Translations under genes and position numbers: made by a program
Assembly: GCA_002269645.1 (NCBI GenBank)
Contig: NIVC01000127.1
Location: forward strand, 558,001-622,000
Direction: 5' to 3'
Length of the DNA stretch: 64,000 nucleotides
Source: Macrostomum lignano
Lineage: Eukaryota
Shown here: one piece after another, positions 1 through 25,769 of the stretch
How the letters are laid out: each line of letters opens with the position of its first letter
How positions within the stretch are numbered: the first letter of the stretch is position 1
The notes under the pieces: generated by a model
Told to the model about the DNA's origin: nothing
What the model saw: only the letters and a program-made list of their open reading frames with translations
The model's database searches: none

Positions 1-668
1 CTCAACCACCCTGAGAATCGCCTCTCAACCACCCTGAGAATCGCCTCTCAACCATCCTGAGAATCACCTCTCAACCACCCTGAGAATCGCCTCTCAACCA
101 CCCTGAGAATCGCCTCTCAACCACCCTGAGAATCACCTCTCAACCACCCTGAGAATCGCCTCTCAACCACCCTGAGAATCGCCTCTCAACCATCCTGAGA
201 ATCACCTCTCAACCACTCTGAGAATCACCTCTCAACCACCCTGAGAATCGCCTCTCAACCATCCTGAGAATCACCTCTCAACCACCCTGAGAATCGCCTC
301 TCAACCATGCTGAGAATCGCCTCTCAACCACCCTGAGAATCACCTCTCAACCACCCTGAGAATCGCTGCTCAACCATGCTGAGAATCGCCTCTCAACCAC
401 TCTGAGAATCGCTGCTCAACCATGCTGAGAATCGCTGCTCAACCATGCTGAGAATCGCTGCTCAACCATGCTGAGAATCGTCTCTCAACCACCCTGAGAA
501 TCGCTGCTCAACCACCCTGAGAATCGCTGCTCAACCACCCTGAGAATCACCTCTCAACCATGCTGAGAATCGCCTCTCAACCACCCTGAGAATCGCCTCT
601 CAACCACCCTGAGAATCGCTGCTCAACCACCCTGAGAATCGCTGCTCAACCACCTGAGAATCGCTCCT
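1..668. repeat. 23-bp minisatellite (CTCAACCACCCTGAGAATCGCCT), ~29 copies, intronic in CNOT9; truncated by window edge
   Basis: Unit recurs at positions 1, 24, 47...; variants CATGCTG/CACCCTG and CGCTG/CGCCT. Confidence 0.97.
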
Positions 669-767
669 AATCGCGGCATATCCCTATCAAAAATCCACTT
701 AACGAACCCTTAAGCTTGCTTAGAATGAAATACACTGTACAGGTAACTTAATTCCACCGCACCGCAG

Positions 768-2385
768 GCGCACCAGTCCAACCGGGTCTGCCACGCCCTG
801 GCCCTGCTGCAGTGCGTGGCCTCTCATCCGGACACTCGGGCCCAATTCTTGCAGACGTCAATTCCACTCTATCTCTATTCGTTCCTGCACACATCGTGCC
901 GATCCCGCCCGTTCGAGTATCTGCGGCTCACCTCGCTAGGCGTTATTGGCGCCCTGGTTAAAACAGACGATGCGGACGTGATCGCCTTCCTGCTGCACAC
1001 GGAGATCATACCGCTGTGCCTGCGCATCATGGAGACGGGCTCGGAGCTGAGTAAAACTGTGGCCACTTTTATCTTGCAAAAGATTCTGCTTGACGATACC
1101 GGCTTAGCTTATATCTGCCAAACCTACGAGAGATTCGCCCACGTGGCCAGCATCCTTAACAAGATGGTGCAGTTCCTGGCTAGGGAGAGGAGCGCCCGCC
1201 TATTGAAGCCGGTGGTTCGATGCTACACCCGCCTGGCCGATAATCCGCGGGCAAGGCAGGCCCTGGCTACCACTCTGCCTGATGCGCTGCGGGACGACAC
1301 TTTTCAGGTTGGTTACCGGCTGGTGGGCTGGGGGAGCCGCTGCTCACTCTGGGATCTGAGGGGATGCTCACTCTGGGATCTGAGGTGATGCTGACTCTGG
1401 GATCTGAGGTGATGCTCACTCTGGGATCTGAGGTGATGCTCACTCTGGGATCTGAGGTGATGCTCACTCTGGGATCTGAGGTGATGCTCACTCTGGGATC
1501 TGAGGTGATGCTCACTCTGGGATCTGAAGAGATTCTCACTCTGGGATCTGAGGTGATGCTCACTCTGGGATCTGAGGTGATGCTCACTCTGGGATCTGAG
1601 GTGATGCTGACTCTGGGATCTGAGGGGATGCTCACTCTGGGATCTGAGGTGATGCTGACTCTGGGATCTGAGGGGATGCTCACTCTGGGATCTGAGGGGA
1701 TGCTCACTCTGGGATCTGAGGGGTTAATGACTGCTCACAGTGGGATCGGAGGGGATAATGACTGCTCACTCTGGGATCTGAGTGGATAATAACTGCTCAC
1801 ACTAAAATCGGAGGGGATAATGACTTCTCACAGTGGAATCGGAGGGGATAATGACTGATCACAGTGGAATCGGTGGGGATAATGACTTCTCACAGTGGAA
1901 TCGGAGGGGATAATGACTGATCACACTGGAATCGGAGGGGATAATGACTGCTCACAGTGGAATCGGAGGGGATAATGACTGATCACACTGGAATCGGAGG
2001 GGATAAAGGCTGCTCAAACTAAGATGTAGGGGATAATAACTGCTCACAGTGGAATCGAAGGTGATAAAGGCTGCTCACTTTGGGATCGAATGTGATAAAG
2101 GCTGCTCACTCTGGGATCGAAGGTGATAAAGGCTGCTCACTCTGGGATCGAAGGTGATAAAGGCTGCTCACTCTGGGATGGAAGGTGATAAAGGCTGCTC
2201 ACTCTGGGATCCGAGGGGATAAAGGCTGCTTGGAAGAGTACATTGTCTAGGTGTCTATCACCCCCAATTTGCAGGAGATGATGCAGCAGGACGCAAGCAT
2301 CCGCGCCTGGCTGCTACAGCTGCGCCAGACGCTTCAGCTGGCCCCAGCTACCCAGGACCTCTTCCCGCCTCAGACGGCCAACTAA
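768..2385 (+). CDS. CNOT9: CCR4-NOT subunit 9 (RCD1/RQCD1), last two coding exons 768-1307 and 2275-2385; 5' exons lie outside the window
   Basis: [21 protein letters not shown]...[21 protein letters not shown]...[44 protein letters not shown] is near-identical to RCD1; CAG|768, 1307|GT, CAG|2275; terminal exon [21 protein letters not shown]...TAN* in phase 0. Confidence 0.97.
1340..2230. repeat. Compound minisatellite: 24-bp unit grading into two 31-bp unit types, intronic in CNOT9
   Basis: GATGCTCACTCTGGGATCTGAGGT to ~1725; GATAATGACTGCTCACAGTGGAATCGGAGGG to ~2000; AAAGGCTGCTCACTCTGGGATCGAAGGTGAT to ~2230. Confidence 0.95.
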
Positions 2386-3435
2386 AACAGAAATGAGGAT
2401 GGAACTTGTTTGGACAAGGACGGAAGAGTTTAGAATGCTTTTATTACCTAGTGTCATTAGTGTCATTAGTGTAATATATCGAACCCAATATTAACTGAAC
2501 ACCTTAAGTAATGCTATGTTTTAACCGTATTTTTAATTACAGTTTTATATATTTGCCGTTTTCGAAGCGATTGAGAGTACATCCCAGGCGTCTCAGATTT
2601 TCATTCTCTTTTTGTTAAATAAACAAATCTCGTTTTGTTTATTTAATTCGTTCAGTCAGCATAGCTAGGCAGTTTTTATGACACCAACGAATGCCTCAAT
2701 CCGCAGGCTTATGATTTTACCATCTTATTAATCCGCTAGCTACTATAAGTAGCCAAAATGTGTTTTTTGCTTTATATCGATTTGCGCCCACCAGAGGACA
2801 TGTCGTGTGATTGCTACATTATTATTCGAAGCATTGTACTTAGTCTGTACATATTATATAACTATGCTTAATACATCCTACATAGCTAAAGCACCCTCTG
2901 CCATAGCATATTATGTACATACATGTGCATGTACTAATAATACCTGCAGCTGTTGCGTTCAATTCAACCTGACTTGCAGTATACTTTTCCTAACTAAATT
3001 CGAGCCGCTCTGCGTCATTACAGATTTTAGCCTCGACGCTGTTTTTAATTGCGCTAGCCGAACATTCGAATGCGATCTTTCTCTACTTGTCTACTATTAG
3101 TAGGAGTGCAGGCGCCTTTTCTATCTTTTTTAATTAAAACACGCGATTGAACTTGACTACATGTAGCTGGAACTGATGGCTCTGAAATCGATTTTTTAGC
3201 ATTAAGCATGTTCGACACGGTGTAATTAATAAATTCATGTTTTGACTGTTACAAGCTATGAGCAGATGCCTGCAATTGAGGCAAAATATAAACCGGGTTT
3301 CCATCCTGTCCCTACGTGTTCGCATCGCGTTACTTGCGCATTCGGAAATTTTACAGTTAACTTCCGCTTTTGTTCTTTATCGGGATGACCGCCACCATCT
3401 AGCTCCTCAGTTGCTGGTCCACTGCGCCACCATTA

Positions 3436-4182
3436 CAGATCCTCCGGCCACCACCACCCTTCCAGATCCTCCGGCCAACACCCTCCCAGATCCTCCAGCC
3501 ACCACCACCCTCCCAGATCCTCCGGCCACCACCACCCTCCCAGATCCCCCGGCCAACACCCTCCCAGATCCTCTGGCCACCACCACCCTCCCAGATCCTC
3601 CGGCCACCACCACCCTCCCAGATCCCCCGGCCAACACCCTCCCAGATCCTCCGGCCACCACGACCCTCTCAGATCCTCTGGCCACCACCACCCTCCCAGA
3701 TCCTCCGGCCACCACCACCCTCCCAGATCCTCCAGCCACCACCACCCTCCCAGATCCTCCGGCCACCACCACCCTCCCAGATCCTCCAGCCACCACCACC
3801 CTCCCAGATCCTCCGGCCACCACCACCCTCTCAGATCCTCCGGCCACCACCACCCTTCCAGATCCTCCGGCCACCATGCACCACCCTCCCAGATCCTCCG
3901 GCCACCACCACCCTCCCAGATCCTCCGGCCACCACCAGCCTCCCAGATCCTCTGGCCACCACCAGCCTCCCATCCTCCGGCCACCACCACCCTCTCAGAT
4001 CCTCCGGCCACCACCACCCTCTCAGATCCTCTGGCCACCACCACCCTCCCAGATCCTCCGGCCACCACCACCCTCCCAGATCCTCCGTTGCTGGGCCACC
4101 ATCACCCTCTCAGATCCTCCGTTGCTGGGCCACCACCACCCTCCCAGATCCTCCGTTGCTGGGCCACCACCATCCTCCAGAT
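3436..4182. repeat. 27-bp minisatellite (CAGATCCTCCGGCCACCACCACCCTCC) with 24-bp variants, between the 3' ends of CNOT9 and H3.3
   Basis: Direct reading; accounts for ORFs 3258..4214, 3407..3973 and 3433..4071. Confidence 0.95.
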
Positions 4183-4419
4183 GTTCCAATCGGGTCAGAG
4201 CAGTAAGTAATTAATAAACAGCTAAAACAATTAACAATAGACATTTAAAAAGTATACAAACAATAATGTTTTACGACTTCGCCAGAATTGTGAGGTTAAT
4301 TGTTATTGAATTTAAAATTCTGATTGAATTCTAAACTGATGAAAAGTATATTGTCACTGAGTTTTAATTTGTACAATAAATAATATTAATAAAGAGAATG
4401 ACTAATGCTGTGCATAAAA

Positions 4420-4425
4420 TTTATT
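4420..4425 (-). promoter_or_regulatory. Candidate poly(A) signal (AATAAA) of the H3.3 gene
   Basis: TTTATT on + strand ~205 nt downstream of the H3.3 stop; no canonical histone stem-loop seen. Confidence 0.4.
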
Positions 4426-4629
4426 AATAGCTATCAGTCTGCCTGTTGCTTAGCATAAGTTAAACTGGGAAAATTGTAATTGGTTGAATCGGTTACGTAG
4501 TACTAAAAGTAGTACACGATTTGTATATAATATTTTGTCACAAAATTGAATAGTTTAGAATTTCAGACGATTAAGTAGTTGCACGTTTTCACCTACTTAG
4601 TGATAGTAGGTCGATCAGTTTTTCAAGCC

Positions 4630-5040
<411 letters not shown>

Positions 5041-8000
5041 TTAGCTGATTTAAAAATCGGATTCAATTAAGCATGCAAAAGGTTAAAGTATTTACCAGTA
5101 TACAAAATTACAAAACTATTTGTTCGACAATAAAAGCCTAAGGAGTGAATGCTAGTTTCAATCTATGAGCATAGTATAAAATTAAACAGATTTTAACATT
5201 ATAGGGAATACTTGGAAGACCAGCTGAGAATGTCTGGCAGTCAAGGCATGCCTACTATCGAGGCTTGATCAGCAAAACTAGAGAAATTCGCATCAGGGTG
5301 TTCATAGTCACCTGGTGCCACCTGTTGAAGGTCCAGAAGCTCTGCCTGGGTGAAGGCCAGCAACCAAAAAAGGCAGAGCTGACAGACACATGTGGTTGAT
5401 GTGCTAATAAAATTTGGAAGCTTGGCAAGGCTATACTCAGGCACAGTGCTGATTAGTGCATAGGGGTATATTGAATAAACAAGCATTTATAGAAAAAATC
5501 AACCTTCTAGCAAAATTGTCAAATATCTTGATGGTCTAGAAGGCTAGCAACTTATTCTTGTTAGGTATACAATAAAAAGTTAGCCCACATTTTTTTCTTT
5601 TGTATGCCCTGTACCTGTATTATTCTATCCCAATGCAGCAAAAAATCTATCAAGGAAGGGAGAAAGGAGAATTCCCCTATCAAGTAGTTTGACTAGTAGA
5701 AGAATGGCTTGGTATTCTTACTATCAAATAATAGTCTTATAATTTTTAATATGGAATTAAGCAATGTGACAAAAGCAAACTTGGGACTACTTTAAGGTAT
5801 TAAAGCAGATTTTGAATCTGAGTTTTAGGGAATCAAAGCATTTTGAAACAAAGTTTTTTGGTCTTAAATTAATATTCTAGGGTATATATGCTGTGATCCT
5901 AACTATCTTGCTTTAAATGACTAGGGAAATTTAGTCAATTGCATTTTTCTCTTTTTATAGTGGTAGGGCCCAAGGTGAAATTCATCTTAAAAACAGAAAC
6001 TACATTCTAAAAAGTAAAAAATTAAATATAAGACCAAATATAAGTAGAACTTAATTTAAAAAATTTTGGGCGATTTTCCTCTTTTGTTTGTTAAATTATT
6101 TTTTCAATTTGAATCGGTGCGTAGACGCGAAAAAGTGACGTGGCAGCATTTGAAATTGTGCCTATTGAAAAAATGATGTGGCAGTAGTGGAAAGGACATG
6201 GGGTTGCTGCTGACACATGTCTATGGCACTACTCACCTACTCGGTTTGTGGCAGAGTATAGGCAGCAGCTTGCACTCGCTCCTTGCTCCCCTTCCCACTC
6301 TCGCATGAGCTTTGACTTATCGCATTCGAAATTTTACTCGAACTGCAACATGGCTGGGCGCCCAGTGGCACCTACATTCATTGTCCCTCCTGGACAACTG
6401 TGTCCCTGCTGTCATTACATGTCGTTTACCATTACCATTTGTCTTTAGTTAAACAACTCCATCCAACTTTCCGAGAAAAATTTAAGTCCCAGCATCCCAT
6501 TACTGTCGTTTTCTGACATTACTCAGTAGTCACAACTTGTTTCTGTCGAAAAAATAATTTAACGAACGAAAGAGGAAAATCGCCAAATTTTGGCCTTGAG
6601 GAAGCTTTAGTTAATTAATATTGGCACTAATTTTATCATTACTATATTTAAATCTAACAAAATATATGCTCTTCTGGTAAAAAAAATCTAGGGCCTACTG
6701 TACTGTTGTGCATGCCTTAGCAGCTTTTTGGTCAATTTTTTGTTCAGCATATTTAATATATTAAATAGGCAGCCTTGGGTAAAGCCTAGGCCCTATGTTG
6801 CAAAAAATCAACTAGGTTCTATATGAATTAGGTTTAAGCTACTTATGGCTTCTTAATACTAGCATCAAATAAGGCCAAAATGAATATATCATACAATTTT
6901 AAGCCTAGGCCTACAACAAATTTGTTCTCTCTTTGTATATTGGATATGCCTAAATAACTTAAAATAAGTTGATAGCTCATTTAATGGTAGTATAAATGGG
7001 CCTTTAGGCAATTAGGTCTCAGCTAGGCCATTGGCCTTAGTCAATGGTCTATCATTTAGAGCCTAGAGTCTAGACTAGACTAGAGATTTCCAGGTAGGCC
7101 TAGCCTAGACTAGGCTTAGACTAGAGTAGGCCTAGGCCTAACATACACATAAGCAAGGGAGACAGTTCTGGGACTCTGGGTCGAATTAGCAATTAAATAA
7201 AGCAATATAAGCGATAAATGCTACGAGACAAAAAACAAAAAACAATGCTAAATAGGCTCAGGCCGCCTAGCTAGGTTTTTATAGTGTGAATAGTAGTTAG
7301 TATAGTAGGCTAGCCAGCAAGGTCTTCCCGCAGACCAAAGCCGCAGGCACAGCCTAGCATCACCCAATCCAAAATTGTAGAATCACACCCTGCTGAAATG
7401 TAGGCTGGAGCCTAGGCTTAGCATGCAATGCAGACTAGGCAAAATTACATCCTAACTCTTTCCCACCGTCTCTTAGGCGCAAATTTAGTTTTTTTCTGTA
7501 TTGAAAGCCAACAATTATAGATTTTTTCAATAGGCAATTCTTTCCGGTGTTTCTTTGAAGCAGAGATGATGATTAAATGCTTTATTAAATTGACCAATCA
7601 TATTTATAGCTAAATAAAGCAAAAAAGCTTATAAAAAAATTAAAACACTAGACAACTTTTGCAGTCAATGACCTGCCGCTCGATTTTATTTGGTTTAAAT
7701 AAGACTCAAATTACGACACCGCGACTTTGAATGGCACTTTTTCGGAACTTCGTGACCAGGTTAATTTTACTTTGAAACTAGTAAGTCCGTTGTTAAAAGC
7801 ATCACTAAGCACCATACAAGCATATTAGCGAGTTTCTCATAGAGAAATAATCAGAAATTCTTTCCAAATGGAAAAAGACTTCTTCAACTCTCCAGTAAAC
7901 TATCAACAACAAAAGTCGTCCAAGAAGTCACGCGTCTCAAGCATTGAGAATTATCAATGCTGTAAAACTTGTTTTACGATCGGTTTTGGTTTGCGTACAT

Positions 8001-8389
8001 TTTATATTCTGATTAGTAAATATATATAATGAAAAACATTTCCCTTCAACTTCCGGACGACAAGACTAGCCGATCACGAGCTTCCTTAACCGTCACCGTC
8101 ACAATTTTTGCGACAATAACCCCACATATTTGGAGCTTACTGGTTACGTCAGTTTAATTAAAGAAACAACTAGCTATTATGACCTCTGAAGCTCTGTCGC
8201 CGTTGATCGAATTTAGTTTTTAACCGTACAAGCTTTGAAGGAACCGTACAAGTTCCAAGCCGCGGTTGTGTAGATGGAGGCCGGCTTTTGAGGCTTAGCT
8301 GTATTCATGGTTGCGAATTAGTATGGGTAAACATCCACTGTGTAGAAAACTGTGTTGCTCGTTTGCCTTTATGGTTACATACAATAAGT

Positions 8390-8724
8390 GGGTCCATGAG
8401 AAATGCCCGCAGACGAATTGCCCGCCGAGATTTGCCCGCAGCTAGTGCATTTTGCCCGCCAAGATTTGCCCGCAGTGCATTTTGCCCGCGAGTGAATTGC
8501 TTGCGAGCGAATTGCCCGCCGAGTGGCCAAATGCGCTGTAGGAAAAAAGCATTGCGGCAGACCTCGGCGGGAAAATTAAACTCGGCGGGAAATTCGCTCG
8601 CGGGTAATTCACTCTCGCGGGAAAAATTCACTGCGGGCAATTCTCGGCTGGCAATTCTCGGCGGGCAATTCTCGGCGGGCAATTCTCGGCGGGCAATTCG
8701 TCTGCGGGCATTTCTCGTGCTCCC
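8390..8724. mobile_element. 335-bp Mutator/foldback-type MITE with internally repetitive TIRs
   Basis: Perfect 9-bp TSD ACAATAAGT (8381-8389, 8725-8733); ends GGGTCCATGAGAAATGCCCGCAGACGAATTGCCCGCC vs GGCGGGCAATTCGTCTGCGGGCATTTCTCGTGCTCCC; ~10-bp AATTGCCCGC-like subrepeats. Confidence 0.88.
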
Positions 8725-9715
8725 ACAATAAGTGTTCTATCATGGGAGCAGACTATTTCATCCCTCTTAGATACGGACGCATTATAAAATTTTTAGAAAA
8801 CCTCGTTATATATAGAGATTTATTATTAACGTATTAAAAATTTGCTGTCTTTAGGTGAAATCCTTATTATTATAGATAGTAGGAAATTACATGCTTTTGG
8901 CGAAGACTTTGTAGCTCTATCTGGTGGAAATACGAGGAATGTATAATAATAGTTCAAGAATAGAGACAGGTTTATTTTACGCTCATATTTGGCTTACTAA
9001 CTTCTGAATATATAGCTAAATGACATAACCACAGTATATGCTATGCAATACAAATTAAAGAACCTTCTTAACTAGAGTATGCAATATACACTGTTATTTT
9101 TCATATATTGGTCCAGAATCAATAACTATAGCCATATAATACCGACGATTAAACATTAGATTAACATTCAAAGCGCCTTTTTATATTTTTCTATTGCTTA
9201 TAATTTTCGTAATTATAGTGTGGGCTACAGACCTTCCTTTCCAATGCAACAAAATGTCTAGCTAATACCCATAGTCGCTTGAGAAAAGTGGAAGTAATTT
9301 AGCGTGCCCCGGGTCAGTGTGACTATAGTCACTGGCATAAAGATCGTCACACCAACGGCGAACATAAATGAGCCTCGCACTCTCTCACACTCCCTGAGAG
9401 AACTGCCTGTAATTGGACGGCAACTGTAGAGAATCATATTTCTTCTCTATATTAAAAATCCTGTCGGTCAAGCCCCGCATAAAAAGCAGTCAAAATCTGC
9501 TTTCGCCTCAGCGGAAGAAACAGTCGGACTCAAAGGGTTTCGTTTGCATCATCGTAGTGCAATCAAATTAGTTTTACCTTTTTCTAAGAAAGTGAGTAGG
9601 CTAATCATTTTTTATATGAGATTGACGTTCATTTGAATATTAGGGCTATTTAGTTATCGTATTATAGTCTTTACGCCAGCTCGAATTGTAAATTTCAGTG
9701 GAGCATCAAGTGAAG

Positions 9716-22938
<13,223 letters not shown>

Positions 22939-24514
22939 GGTTCCGAGTTTTAACCCATCCGTGCAAAAGCAAGGTCAAACAGTTCTCTAAAAGCAAATTT
23001 TCCTCTCATTTCCGATATTCATCAGCAAACTTAAACAAAGCACGAATATATTTTAGATTAAAACGTTTAGCACAATTTTTACTAAATAAAATCTCCCGCT
23101 ATATTGCCTTAACATGCTGGCTCAGGCCCCTAACAGACTATGCACCATTGCCATGCCTTATTGATAGCAGTATCATTATAACCATCTATATTAATGAAAG
23201 ACAATTTTACATAGGCACGCTTGTTTCCTTAAAGCTTTTAACAGTACGTGAAAGTGACCAAATAGCGTTATATTTTTTATAACGATTCAAGCCAATGCAC
23301 CTCTTTAGCCTTGTGCTTCACAAAAATTTAAGATGCTGGATATGTCTTTTTTATTATTTCGTTTAGAATAAATGGGGTTTAGAATCACCTTTGCCAAAAA
23401 TACATGATTAATAGTTTGAAGCTCGACTCTGCGCACTTTGCTAGCGAAAACAAATCATTGTTGACAAATAAATAAACCAACAGTGAAAAGTAATTTTTGA
23501 ATGCTTTCGTTTTTTTGAAAAAAATACACAAGAATGATTTTGCAGAAGTGGATCGATAAGATTTTATTTTGTGCTAAAATGCATTGACAAATTTAGGCGC
23601 TGGTGAAGCGTTAAGCAGTGAATATTCCAACTTGGTACATAGGCCAAGAAGCGTGAGAGAGTCGTTTTAGAGCAGTTGCAGATAACACAGCTAAAAAAGA
23701 AGTGACTCTAGACGACTCTAAAAACGAGATGTCGCGGTACAAGTCGTCAAAGAATCGCCTAAGAGTCTGGGGCCGTAGAGTCGTACCTGAGACCTGCTAG
23801 AGTCGCTGTAGAATCACTTGAGTTGCGTCTAAAGTGCATCAGCACCATTTTATGAATTAGAATTGCATTTCGTATTTAAAACAACTCTAAGTCTACTTGA
23901 GTTAGTAGACAGCTAAGCGCTAGCACAGACCCTTGGATGACTTTTTCGCAACCTTTTTACGATTCTGTCACTCACGTGGTGCGCTCGTGACTCAACAGTC
24001 GCATCAGATCGTCCAGAGCTTTTAATAGCTATTAATAGCTCTTAAAATAACATTAGAGAAAGAAGAATGTTGATTAGTTCAACAGGCGATAGCCACGAAT
24101 CAAGGCGACTACGGAACCGCAGGTCAATTTTCGTTGACGAGAGCCCAAAGGTAAACTCAGTCTTACAAACTTTTAAGAAAAGTTGCATAAAATTGAAGTG
24201 TTCCGCCTCTTATGATTGAAGCCACTGGTACTAAAAATTAGATGGCCATATGCTTAGAAAACAGTTTTCTACTTCCAGTTCAGTAGCATGAAAGAATACA
24301 TAAGCTATTTTATAAAAAGGAAGACAGTTAGAATGACACGTGGGCCAGAGATTTGTGTGGAAAGACGCGGTCGAATGAGTTAGGCCATGGGTAAGAAGGG
24401 TGACACACGAGTGCTGTCCTAAAATACATTAAAATGCGTCTAATTGACTTACTACTGAACCGAAAGTAGCTTATGCGCAAATGCGCTGAGTGGCCCATTG
24501 ATCTGTGATTGCAA

Positions 24515-25769
24515 CTAAGCATTGAATATAGTTGGATCAAGCAGTTCCAAGGACTCGACAATCCTGCTAATCAATTCGTCTGGTTGCCAGGCGGATTCAG
24601 GATCCAACAGGCTTGAGCTGGATGATTCGGAACACACGCTGATTGGATGGTTGAGGGTGACAGCCAAGTCGCAACTGTGCTCAGCCAGTCTGTGCAGTAG
24701 AATGTGCATCTGGGTGAGTGAGGTCGATAATTGTTTTTGCAAGTAGATACTCGATGCAAGTTGGTTGCTATGGCGTAGTAAAGTTTCCATGAGCTGGTGC
24801 CATTCAATCTAGGAGCTAACAGTACTAATATGTCCGATAAGGTCGGTACAAAAAATAACTAGATGTATGCCCTTAGATGGTTGGTGCTTAATGAGCTGGT
24901 AGGTTCCCCGATGTGCTCAATGAGCTGGTAGGTTCCCCGATGTGCTCAATGAGCTGGTAGGTTCCCAGATGTGCTCAATGAGCTGGTAGGTTCCCAGATG
25001 TGCTCAATGAGCTGGTAGGTTCCCCGATGTGCTCAATGAGCTGGTAGGTTCCCCAATGTTCTCAATGAGCTGGTAGGTTCCCCGATGTGCTCAATGAGCT
25101 GGTAGATTCCCCGATGTGCTCAATGAGCTGGTAGGTTCCCCGATGTGCTCAATGAGCTGGTAGGTTCCCCGATGTGCTCAATGAGCTGGTAGGTTCCCCA
25201 ATGTTCTCAATGAGCTGGTAGATTCCCCAATGTTCTCAATGAGCTGGTAGGTTCCCCGATGTGCTCAATGAGCTGGTAGGTTCCCCGATGTGCTCAATGA
25301 GCTGGTAGGTTCCCCAATGTCTTGATTAGCTGGTAGGTTGTTAAAAGTGGCTGGTGCATAATGGGGTGATGTGTGCTTATTATTGGTGAAACTATCTCAC
25401 CTGTACAAGATTGCGAGCCGATTCGTTATACTTGGCCACGAGCTGCTCGCCAACCAGGTAGGCAAATTGCCTGAGAGGCCAGGCCTCGTTAGACAGCAAC
25501 CGGCATTCAACAATCCGGCTGCTCGCCGAACCACCGTTCGCATCGGCCAGGTCGGTGAAGAACTCTCGCGCCGCTGACTCGACGCTGTCCGACCCGGCTA
25601 GAGGCTCCAACAGCTCTAGCATGACACTCTGATCGTGTCGCGGATGCAGGTACACCTCCTGATTGTCGGGCACCTGTCGCAGTTCACTGGCGTCAATGCA
25701 GTTGCTGGGCAGTTGGACAGCAAAGGCGCCGCCCCACAGCAGGCGACGCTCTGATTGGCTAGAAGGCAT
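24515..25769 (-). CDS. RANGRF: Ran guanine nucleotide release factor MOG1, 187 aa; exons 25769-25401 and 24709-24515
   Basis: LWGGAFAVQLP...DASELRQVPDNQEVY.HP..DQSVMLELLE; exon 2 HILLHRLAEHSCDLAVTLNHP...L.LLDPTIF; GT donor and CAG acceptor in phase 0. Confidence 0.93.
24889..25340. repeat. 29-bp minisatellite (AATGAGCTGGTAGGTTCCCCGATGTGCTC), ~15 copies, in the MOG1 intron
   Basis: Direct reading, period 29. Confidence 0.96.

Noticed and set aside
1-668. Regular short repeats as a CRISPR array (also 24889-25340, 47448-48303)
   Set aside because: Head-to-tail units without unique spacers, intronic in eukaryotic genes, no cas genes
1267-1789. ORFs SIPSDPRV.. / MLTLGSEV.. as repeat proteins
   Set aside because: Translations of an intronic 24-bp minisatellite
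3258-4214. Mucin/adhesin-like ORFs (TTLPDPPA, GWWWPEDL, VVVAGGSG)
   Set aside because: Open in several frames because the 27-bp unit lacks stops; no ATG or signal peptide, no splice support
4591-4611. Hairpin ACCTACT-N7-AGTAGGT ~20 nt after the H3 stop as a histone stem-loop
   Set aside because: Neither sequence nor the 6-bp stem/4-nt loop geometry matches the SLBP-bound consensus; the gene is H3.3-type
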